Of a DNA stretch of 64,000 nt, positions 1-7,702 are shown one piece after another. The position numbers and the translations under genes were made by a program. Below the pieces are notes generated by a model. That model did no database searches. It worked only from the letters and a program-made list of their open reading frames with translations, and had not been told where the DNA came from. The number at the start of each line of letters is the position of its first letter. The stretch's first letter is position 1. Source of the DNA: an uncultured virus (IMG/VR IMGVR_UViG_3300028571_000020) (lineage: Duplodnaviria; Heunggongvirae; Uroviricota; Caudoviricetes); IMG/VR virus record IMGVR_UViG_3300028571_000020; one strand, given 5' to 3'.

Positions 1-1101
1 CCCTTGGACGGCCTCAGCGTAGCCCATGCCACGGTCACCCACGCAGTGGTTCATGGATGCACCCTCCGTCGACAACTGCCTTGCAGACAACTTCAGGAGC
101 TTCCAAGGGGCTTCCTCCGCTAGAACACCCTTGGTGATACCAAGCTCGGCGAGCTTCTCCTTGGGAAGCTCCATGATGACGTGCTCAGGTTCTTCGACAG
201 CGCCACCAGCCTTGGCTGCGATTGCGTCCAGCAGACTCTCGACGATGTCCTGCTGCGTGCCTGATGTCGACGTGAACCATTGTACTGCAAAACCCTTGAG
301 AAGCTCATGGTCTAGTGCTGCCAAGTCCTTCTCTTCTATCTCATCCATATGCAGAAAAGACACAATCTCGATGAACTTCTTCACTAGAAGTTCAAAGCTC
401 GCCTGCACCAACCGTCCACTCTTGCGCACCCACTGCCCGTACGGGGCGCCACACGACGTCAGCGCGCACCTCCTCGACCAAGAGTCGAAGTGCTCTTCAT
501 CAGACACATAAGCGGTCAAGATGTCCTTGCACAGCTCGATGAAGTCGGAGTCCCGCGCTTCGATGTAGAGGTCGTCAGTGCCTTCAGACGTGCCGTCGTT
601 GTGTCCGAATTTGGATGTCTCATCCCACTTGATTTTGCCAAAGGATTTCCAGAACTGGGCTGCATAGCTATCGGGAATGAGTTCCCAGTTGTCTGGTAAG
701 AAGAGTGCCTCGAAGCTGTGATGGTTTTCTTGAACGAAGTGGAAGCTAAAGTCTCCGCTTTCGCCTGTCTCTAGACTGAATGGCCCCAGTCTCCCCCTGT
801 TCACAGGAAGAGTTCGTAGCCTTGCTATGATGAATTCCAACGGTATCTGGTCCAACGAGTATGACGACTTCTTGCTCTCATCCACTACGTCTCTCGCGAA
901 ACGCTCATTGCCGTAGACCTCATTCTCTAAAACATTGATCTGGTCATTTCTGAACCCGGAGTGACCGATGCCGTCTTCGTTGTCTCGCCAATCAGAGACT
1001 GCTCGTTTGAGTGAACGAGCTATGTCTTGATGAAGCTCGTTATCACCGTCGTCCAGTGCTTCTTGAACTTGTTTTTTCGATGTTGCGTTTTCGAGTAGCA
1101 T
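1..1101 (-). CDS. PcfJ-like domain protein, truncated by the window edge (not in ORF track)
   Basis: Translated by hand: ATG at 1101, open to position 1. Ends LGITKGVLAEEAPWKLLKLSARQLSTEGASMNHCVGDRGMGY, closely matching WGITKGTMLEEAPWKIIKLRPSQLKEEGKVMKICVGQENMRY in 44047..48432. Confidence 0.85.
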   Translation of the reverse strand, partial: MLLENATSKKQVQEALDDGDNELHQDIARSLKRAVSDWRDNEDGIGHSGFRNDQINVLENEVYGNERFARDVVDESKKSSYSLDQIPLEFIIARLRTLPVNRGRLGPFSLETGESGDFSFHFVQENHHSFEALFLPDNWELIPDSYAAQFWKSFGKIKWDETSKFGHNDGTSEGTDDLYIEARDSDFIELCKDILTAYVSDEEHFDSWSRRCALTSCGAPYGQWVRKSGRLVQASFELLVKKFIEIVSFLHMDEIEEKDLAALDHELLKGFAVQWFTSTSGTQQDIVESLLDAIAAKAGGAVEEPEHVIMELPKEKLAELGITKGVLAEEAPWKLLKLSARQLSTEGASMNHCVGDRGMGYAEAVQG

Positions 1102-2187
1102 TCAAGACCTCTTCCCTAGCAACTCGATCGCCGAAGTCAGCAGCGCCGATGCCCTAACCAGAGATGCAGACGCCGTTGGCTGTGGTGCTTTCTTCTTGGT
1201 CTTCTTCATTGCCTTATCGATGAAGCTGGTCATCTCTTTCTTGATCTGGTCGTAGACTGGGTCTGCACCAGCACGCGGCATGTTCAGGTCAAGCTTCGCG
1301 AAGACGTCACCGTTCGTGTCCAGCAGCTTCACATACAGGTAGTTCGGCATCGACTTACGGCGCTCTGCAATCACCCTGATTGTGAGCGTCATACCATTCT
1401 GCATAACCGTCGAAACAAGAACCGTGTTCTCGTCGTATTCGTCTTTTGACCTTGAGGTCTTCAGCTTTGAGCCACCGTACTCCTTCGCAAGCTCAGTCAT
1501 CAGCTTCAGCGTGGGAGTCAGGATGTTCGCGTCATTATTGACAACCTCCAGCACTTTGATCTTCTTGACGTCCAGAACTAGGATCTGGGACGGCTCGTCG
1601 CCATTGATGATTCCTTCACCAAGGTCTTCGAGCCAAGTCACGCCCTTCAGCAGCTTGTTCCACGTAGTGAAGCTCTCAGGTCCGTTGACGAACTTGTAAC
1701 CTATGTTCCATAGGAGCGCACCAACTCCGTCGCTACCGACAGAGTCTTCGATGCTGGACCCATCCAACTCCCAATCGTCCGGGTTATCGTCAAACAGTTC
1801 TTTTTTCAGCTGCTCATACCAGCCGTTCCGCTTCACCAAGGCAATCATCTCATCACCGGTCATGTTCTGAAGCTCGAAGCCAGTCGACCCCCAATCGGAC
1901 TTGTCGATCTTCACGATGTACGCATAGGCATCATTCGTGGCGTACTGATTCTTCGCGAAGCCTTTCTCTAGGAAGCTCAACGGGTAGAAGTAGATGCCAT
2001 GAGGATCACGGTGACGCTTGCCCGGATTCACCCCGAGCTTCAATACGTCCGTGAAATGGACGTAAACGTCCTCCTCATTCTTGTACTTCTCGATGGCCTT
2101 GAACAGAGCAAGGTGAGTGTCCTTGACGAAGTAGGCACTCACTGGTTCTTGTGCTTGATTCTGCTTGACCATGTTCAGAGACCTCAC
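1102..2187 (-). CDS. ADP-ribosyltransferase-like fold protein, paralogue of the N-terminal domain of 54690..59042
   Basis: YVHFT...GVNPGKRHRDPHGIYFYPL...WLEDLGEGIINGDEPSQILVL versus YVHFS...GINPNKSHKDPHGIYFYPL...WLEDKGESIIAGDEPAQMIVL. Start is GTG 2187 or ATG 2172. ART call is by motif pattern only. Confidence 0.7.
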   Translation of the reverse strand: MRSLNMVKQNQAQEPVSAYFVKDTHLALFKAIEKYKNEEDVYVHFTDVLKLGVNPGKRHRDPHGIYFYPLSFLEKGFAKNQYATNDAYAYIVKIDKSDWGSTGFELQNMTGDEMIALVKRNGWYEQLKKELFDDNPDDWELDGSSIEDSVGSDGVGALLWNIGYKFVNGPESFTTWNKLLKGVTWLEDLGEGIINGDEPSQILVLDVKKIKVLEVVNNDANILTPTLKLMTELAKEYGGSKLKTSRSKDEYDENTVLVSTVMQNGMTLTIRVIAERRKSMPNYLYVKLLDTNGDVFAKLDLNMPRAGADPVYDQIKKEMTSFIDKAMKKTKKKAPQPTASASLVRASALLTSAIELLGKRS

Positions 2188-2276
2188 TCACATAGAGTGG
2201 GCTCTGAGCAGACCTCGTTGCGCACCTACTGGGGAAGTGCCACCCTAGAAGATACCTCTGTCATGACAGGTCCTAC

Positions 2277-3884
2277 ATGTCCACCAAGCCCGGTCAAGCA
2301 AGCTACATGTTCTTCGACGAAAACATCAAGCAAGACGTGAAGCTCACATGGAACTACGCGAACTATGACCAGCGGCGCAACAGGCGTGAGGACTACACAT
2401 TCAACGCCCTCCAGTGGACCACGTCTCAGCCTTCTACTGCTGATGACGACATGGCGATCAAGGCTGGAATCGGTAACTGGGTCATCGTCTTCGACGAAGT
2501 CGCCAAGGCTGCCCAACTCATGGGCTACCAGTACATCGTCGACAAGACTCCAGTGGACCTCAACAAAGCCTTCAAGCTTCTGAAGAAGCTCCAATTCATT
2601 CAGATGGGGAGAGACAAGGAAGCCTCCAACGACAGACACCATGGCATCTGCGCTGGGCACTACTCGGACACTCCCATCCACAACGTCAGGTCCATCAAAG
2701 CTCGGCTGCTCCTCTTGGAGACCAAGCAAATCCCAGACAGCAAGATCAAGGCTTGTATCCACAAGGCTATCAAGATGCTTGCTTGTGGTCTTCCTGTTGA
2801 CCGCCCACGTACTGACAAAGACGGCAACACCTACACTGAGCGCTCTGTCACCCAGTGTATGACCACGGGCTGTGGACAACCCGGCTGTGCAACCCGCCGC
2901 TTCGAACGTACCAAGGCCAAGATCAAGAAGGATCTCAACTCGGTCTTCGAAGTCACCAAGAACAATCCAGACAACAGGATCGTCTACGTCACCTTCGCCA
3001 CCAACTGGCCACTCCCAAAAGATGAAGAGCGCTGCGCTGGTAACATCCTCCACACAGAACGCTCCTTGGCCAAAGGACAACTCAAGTCCAACGTCACCGG
3101 CCTCGAACAGCACACAGGAGAACTCTCCAACCTCCTGCTCCACAGAACCATGCTCCACAAGGAACACCTCCTGAAGACCTTCGCTTCCAAGTCCGTCAAA
3201 GACGTCGTTACTGATGTTTCCATCAGGAAAATGGAAACTGCTTGGCTCCAGTCGTCCGTTGCTGGACGTCGATGCTTCCCAAACCCACACACTCACGCTG
3301 TGCTGGTAGTCCCATCCCATCTCGACAACGAACACATCCAGATGGTCATCGAGAAGAAACTCAAGACCGTCTCCCAGTACTCTCAGGTGTTCGTCAACAA
3401 CATCGACAGCGACAACGCCATCGAAACCATCTCCAGCTACAACGCCAAGAGCCAAACCGTCACTGCCTCAAACCCTGAGGTCTCTGCTCCTCAAGGTACA
3501 GAGGTGAATGTCGTACTCGACGAACGGTCCCTCATCGAACTCACCCTCTGTGAAGAAGTGAAGTCGTTCTCTACCTACGCTGCTTCGAGGAACATCAGGT
3601 CCTCCATCATCGAAGATGAAGATGGGGATGCCTGTGTCGCAGTTGAGGAAGCTCCCACTGCTGGTGAACTCGATAGCTCACCCATCGTCAGCTTCGTCGA
3701 CTCCCTCAAAGACAACTCAGTACTCCTCAAGTTCATCAACTCGGTATCTACCGTCATGGTCAGCGTAGACTGCTACCACCAAGCTACACAACTCGTTGTT
3801 CAATACACCAACCCAAGACGATTAGTCTCGAAGCTACGAGACCTTCCTTCTTGGAACTTGGACTCTAAGGAACTACCAAGCTGA
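2277..3884 (+). CDS. HUH-superfamily rolling-circle Rep-like endonuclease
   Basis: Motifs in the expected order: Cys cluster CMTTGCGQPGC, motif I-like YVTFAT, RKMET, motif II NPHTHAVL (HUH), motif III YNAK (YxxK). Confidence 0.75.
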   Translation: MSTKPGQASYMFFDENIKQDVKLTWNYANYDQRRNRREDYTFNALQWTTSQPSTADDDMAIKAGIGNWVIVFDEVAKAAQLMGYQYIVDKTPVDLNKAFKLLKKLQFIQMGRDKEASNDRHHGICAGHYSDTPIHNVRSIKARLLLLETKQIPDSKIKACIHKAIKMLACGLPVDRPRTDKDGNTYTERSVTQCMTTGCGQPGCATRRFERTKAKIKKDLNSVFEVTKNNPDNRIVYVTFATNWPLPKDEERCAGNILHTERSLAKGQLKSNVTGLEQHTGELSNLLLHRTMLHKEHLLKTFASKSVKDVVTDVSIRKMETAWLQSSVAGRRCFPNPHTHAVLVVPSHLDNEHIQMVIEKKLKTVSQYSQVFVNNIDSDNAIETISSYNAKSQTVTASNPEVSAPQGTEVNVVLDERSLIELTLCEEVKSFSTYAASRNIRSSIIEDEDGDACVAVEEAPTAGELDSSPIVSFVDSLKDNSVLLKFINSVSTVMVSVDCYHQATQLVVQYTNPRRLVSKLRDLPSWNLDSKELPS

Positions 3885-3945
3885 TGTGATGTGTCTCGGT
3901 GGTGAAGAGTGTGATGTGAAGAGCTTGGGTTGTGTCTCGGTGGTG
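3882..3945. repeat. Short direct repeats in a G/T-rich spacer downstream of the Rep-like gene
   Basis: TGTGTCTCGGTGGTG at 3890-3904 and 3931-3945; TGATGTGA at 3882 and 3912; GTGAAGAG at 3902 and 3916. Confidence 0.8.
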
Positions 3946-4019
3946 GATAGCTCCAATGAGACAAAGGAGAAGATGAGGGGAGCTAGGAGCTTGTGTTGTG
4001 GGTCTGGTGTCTGAGTAGC

Positions 4020-5978
4020 TCAAGAGAGCATGATGGTCGCCGGACCGAAGACGTCCCCCAACACCTTTGGCAACCGTGGATGGCCCCAGTGTGCAGGCTG
4101 TTGAGTGAACTGTCCCTGAACGTGGGGAGTAATGCCATCAGCCACTGGAACGACCACAGAATACGTAACGTCATCGATGTCGATGGCCACACCGACCATG
4201 ACACCCAACCACCTCTTGGGATGCAGGAAGACAGCAATCATCTCGTTCTCTCCTACTAGAACGTTCGATTGGTCGAAGAGGACTTGGTCAATGGGAGACA
4301 TCCCAGCAGTCATCAGTGTAACAGAGCCCGTAAACTGCAGTGGTCGAGCTTCTTCGTTGAGACCAATGACAACTTGGATGGCATCTACCGAATCCATGTA
4401 CTCGGCGTAGACACCGAAGGCAGCCTTGCCGGTGTTTTGGTAACCGGGTGAATTCGGGGTGTATGACGAAGCTGTGACAATTGAGGCGAGCCCAGCACCA
4501 GAGAATGACAGGAGGTCTCTGGATTGTTGACCACGAAGGCCAGTCGTGAGGAAGGACTTCACAACGAAGTTGCTGGAGAACAACACAGAGAACGCTTGAT
4601 TGGCCAGAGGGCTACCAAGCGTGATGGCAACAGCAGTGTTACCTGCAGCGTTGTTGGTGAGCAGCGAGTCGACGACGTCCTTCGCCGTAGCTCCCAACAC
4701 AACCTGCCCATTCACAGACACGGAGACGAAGCCTGCTTGGTCCAACGAGGCATCGATCAGAGACAGAGCAAAGGACGTCGGCAATGCGTCAGATTCAGAG
4801 CCCAGTGCTAGTGCTCCACGGTATAGACGTGCAGACACGAGGTTGTTGGCGGTCTTGGAGAAGACCAATGACAGCTGAGTGTTGAGGAACGTGATGGCAA
4901 GCAGCGGGTACATCAGCCCAGAAGGCGTGAAGGTGAACGCCATAGTCGTCTGAAGACGACGACCTGCTCTGGTGACGGAGTCAGAACCACCGGAGAACAC
5001 CAACTCGAATGGGTCACCCAAGGTCTTCGACAACGTCGTCGTACCAACGCCGGTTGCTTCCGTTCCAGCACCAACGAACGAAGTAGCAGCAGCCGACCAC
5101 GATTGGCCAGCAGCCAGACTTCTCGACAGGGAAGCAACGGACCAACTGACCGTCGCTCCCTCAGTCAGTGAAGCACTGGGGAACTTCACAACAGAAGCGC
5201 TAGGGAACTCGACGTCGTTGCCCAACGAACCCGAGTCGATGCTATACGCGCCGATGAATGGAGGAAGACTTGGAGTGGAGCCGAAGTTGAGAACGTCCGA
5301 GAACGTGGCCTGAACAGAGTCTGCAGCCGTGGAGATGGCAACAACCGACGGAAGAGAACCCTGCCCGAAGATTGGGATAACTTCGTCACCCGCTTTGAGA
5401 GCCACCTGTGTAGAGGCGTCGATGAACAACTCCCTGCTGAGGGACACGAGGTAACCAGCACCTGACGTTCCGGGTGTGTCTGTGGTGACACGGACGGATG
5501 AGCCAGAGACATCCATGCCGATGACCTGCAGCTGACAACCACCGTTCGTCGGTTGGATGTCCACAGCCAGAACTGGCTCATCAATCGGTGAAAGAACACC
5601 AGAGAACGTCAAGTCGAACACAGCTGCAGATACCCAGACGAGGCCGGTGACAGTGAGGTCCGGTACCGTAACGTCGAACAGGACGGCTCTGGCTGCGCCG
5701 TTGATGAATTCCCCGGCAGCTGACTGCACAGTGTCGGCGACCGTGATGGTGTAGCCAGTTGCGATGGGAGCAAGGCTGGCAAGGATCAGGTCGAACTCCA
5801 CTGGGGAGTTCTTGATGACAGCCACAACTGCTGGCAAACCGCCACCAGACGTCCACAAGGACACAGTCCGTGGGTCAGTCAGATCGCCGACAATCATCTG
5901 CCGCATGGGCATGTCGAAGATGGCCCGGACGGCAGTTTGACCAACAGGTCGAGCAAGGAGAAGTCGTGGTGAAGCCAT
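4020..5978 (-). CDS. Beta-rich putative virion structural protein with Ig-like segments
   Basis: S/T/G/V/A-rich with recurring xxFS/FD strands. Start moved to ATG 5978 (MASPRLL), which has CATTCT 5 nt upstream and avoids overlap with the divergent gene. Confidence 0.6.
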   Translation of the reverse strand: MASPRLLLARPVGQTAVRAIFDMPMRQMIVGDLTDPRTVSLWTSGGGLPAVVAVIKNSPVEFDLILASLAPIATGYTITVADTVQSAAGEFINGAARAVLFDVTVPDLTVTGLVWVSAAVFDLTFSGVLSPIDEPVLAVDIQPTNGGCQLQVIGMDVSGSSVRVTTDTPGTSGAGYLVSLSRELFIDASTQVALKAGDEVIPIFGQGSLPSVVAISTAADSVQATFSDVLNFGSTPSLPPFIGAYSIDSGSLGNDVEFPSASVVKFPSASLTEGATVSWSVASLSRSLAAGQSWSAAATSFVGAGTEATGVGTTTLSKTLGDPFELVFSGGSDSVTRAGRRLQTTMAFTFTPSGLMYPLLAITFLNTQLSLVFSKTANNLVSARLYRGALALGSESDALPTSFALSLIDASLDQAGFVSVSVNGQVVLGATAKDVVDSLLTNNAAGNTAVAITLGSPLANQAFSVLFSSNFVVKSFLTTGLRGQQSRDLLSFSGAGLASIVTASSYTPNSPGYQNTGKAAFGVYAEYMDSVDAIQVVIGLNEEARPLQFTGSVTLMTAGMSPIDQVLFDQSNVLVGENEMIAVFLHPKRWLGVMVGVAIDIDDVTYSVVVPVADGITPHVQGQFTQQPAHWGHPRLPKVLGDVFGPATIMLS

Positions 5979-6040
5979 GCTAGAGAATGGCTTCACCGCT
6001 CGGTCATTCCATAGTGCTACCTTGTCAGGCACCCTGATGA

Positions 6041-7315
6041 ATGACCCTATCTGATTCCACACGCAGAGTTATCGCCGCCGCCTTGAACAAGGCAGCCGAC
6101 CTGCTGGACACCAGTCGCAAAGACATGGAAGACGCCATTGAACACGCGGACATCTACGGTGACCAAGGTTGGACCATTGACGATTTCAACGTCAAGTCTC
6201 TGGGCGAACTACCACTAGCTCGCATCCGAAGGATGGAGGACTGGTCGTCATGGATTGACGTAGACCCATCTGACTTCGAGGGGATGTCGACCGAAGAGCG
6301 CCTAGCCGAACTGGAGAGCTTCCGAGGCGCAGCATGGGCAAAGCGTGCTGCTTCTTGGTTGAAGGACGGCGTACCGCCTATCATCGTCATCAGTGCTCCG
6401 ATGGAGTCAGAAGACAGCTTGTACCAGCAGATTGGTGACGGAAGAGGTCGCATCAACTTCGCATTGGCAATGGGGCTTAAAAAGCTCCCAGTCATTCAGA
6501 TGGTCATGAAGGACAAGTCAAAGACCAACACAGTGAGTTCCTACCTTGTGAATGACGTATCGTCACTCAAGCAGTACCTCATGCAGCCAGCAGCGGAGAA
6601 GGGTAGAGAGGTAGCCGATCTCATGTGGTCAGGTTTCGCTGATTGGGCCGAGGGCAAGGCACCAGAATTGCACGTCAACAAGGATGAGAACTGGTCTGAG
6701 GAAGTTCCGGACGACGTCATGGAGGCTTTCTACGACGACGTGAAATACCTCAACTTCTACACATTCAAGTACCTCCAGCCGAGAGACCTGCCATCGCACG
6801 TCTACCTTGAATACAAGCGCCTCGTGAAGGACCAGTGGCTCATCCACTTCTCGAACAAGACATCCTCAATTGCTCGCAACGGCTTCACCAAAGGCGTGAG
6901 TGACATTACGAAGCTCGGTCTGACGACGCACATCCACCAGTCGGAGAAGGAAGCAGGCGGCTTCGGGTTCGCGTTCCTAGCATCTGACGCAGAGAGTGGT
7001 ATCGAAGCTGCCAAGAACAAGTACGGCGATGATGCTGTCATGTTCAGAGCGAACGGTGTTTTGACCTATCATGTGGGAGACAAAGAGCACCAAGTGATCT
7101 TCCTCAACAGTACCGCGCACGACATCGTTGAGCTTTCCAACTCGGATGGTTGGAAAGTCAGTACAGCAGAGCGCACCTTGTTCAGAGGTGGAGACGGAAG
7201 CTCTGGTCTGAAGAAGTGTGTTGAATGGGTCAAGAACAACTATGACCAGTACCGCCGCCAGTTGACAAACTCTGAACCGGGTAGGCAAGTAGGGGCTACC
7301 TATGGCAAACGATGA
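6041..7315 (+). CDS. Two-domain protein: leader helix, ParB/Srx-like domain, ART-like domain
   Basis: Leader IAAALNKAADLL; PPIIV...IGDGRGRINFALAMGLKKLPV (ParB-like); WLIHFS...GFGFAF...KEHQVIF (ART-like pattern). Confidence 0.65.
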   Translation: MTLSDSTRRVIAAALNKAADLLDTSRKDMEDAIEHADIYGDQGWTIDDFNVKSLGELPLARIRRMEDWSSWIDVDPSDFEGMSTEERLAELESFRGAAWAKRAASWLKDGVPPIIVISAPMESEDSLYQQIGDGRGRINFALAMGLKKLPVIQMVMKDKSKTNTVSSYLVNDVSSLKQYLMQPAAEKGREVADLMWSGFADWAEGKAPELHVNKDENWSEEVPDDVMEAFYDDVKYLNFYTFKYLQPRDLPSHVYLEYKRLVKDQWLIHFSNKTSSIARNGFTKGVSDITKLGLTTHIHQSEKEAGGFGFAFLASDAESGIEAAKNKYGDDAVMFRANGVLTYHVGDKEHQVIFLNSTAHDIVELSNSDGWKVSTAERTLFRGGDGSSGLKKCVEWVKNNYDQYRRQLTNSEPGRQVGATYGKR

Positions 7316-7556
7316 CTACATGATCAGGGGCACTGTCGGCAGCGCGCTGTCGTACATGGAAGCGAAGTCGATAAAGCAGCTGGTGAAGGAGACAGGTCTC
7401 CCCACACCCAAGGTCAGGAAGGAAGTCGAACGCCTCTTCGACAATGACTCACTCGACGAGCGAGACGGCTACTACCGTATCCAGAACGCCATCCCATGGA
7501 AGGTGAAGCTTGACGACGGTTCAACCGCCAAGCCTCTCTTCGGGAAAGAGCCATGA
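7302..7556 (+). CDS. Small winged-helix-like protein
   Basis: SIKQLVKETGLPTPKVRKEVERLFDNDSLDERDGYY resembles a wHTH; overlaps the upstream stop. Confidence 0.55.
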   Translation: MANDDYMIRGTVGSALSYMEAKSIKQLVKETGLPTPKVRKEVERLFDNDSLDERDGYYRIQNAIPWKVKLDDGSTAKPLFGKEP

Positions 7557-7702
7557 GACTGAGACGATTGCTCGGCAAGCTACCTGCTCGTTTCCAGTGG
7601 ACGTTTCACAACATCATAGGCCACCCATGCAGCGAAGTCCTGTTCCAGTTGGGGCTGGAACGACTGAGTGAAATCGTGCATGACGAGACGACCCCAGCCT
7701 AG
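7553..7702 (+). CDS. Small 49-aa hypothetical protein (below ORF-track cutoff)
   Basis: ATGA overlap with upstream stop; MRLRRLLGKLPARFQWTFHNIIGHPCSEVLFQLGLERLSEIVHDETTPA; fills the gap to the convergent gene. Confidence 0.7.
   Translation: MRLRRLLGKLPARFQWTFHNIIGHPCSEVLFQLGLERLSEIVHDETTPA

Noticed and set aside
2226..3455. 409-aa antisense ORF over the Rep-like gene
   Set aside because: Codon-aligned mirror explained by the biased codon usage of the plus-strand gene; no motifs.
3456..3490. VTAS/VSAP after the Rep catalytic Tyr as cargo cleavage sites
   Set aside because: Short motif in an S/T/A-rich linker with no leader helix; cannot be told apart from chance.
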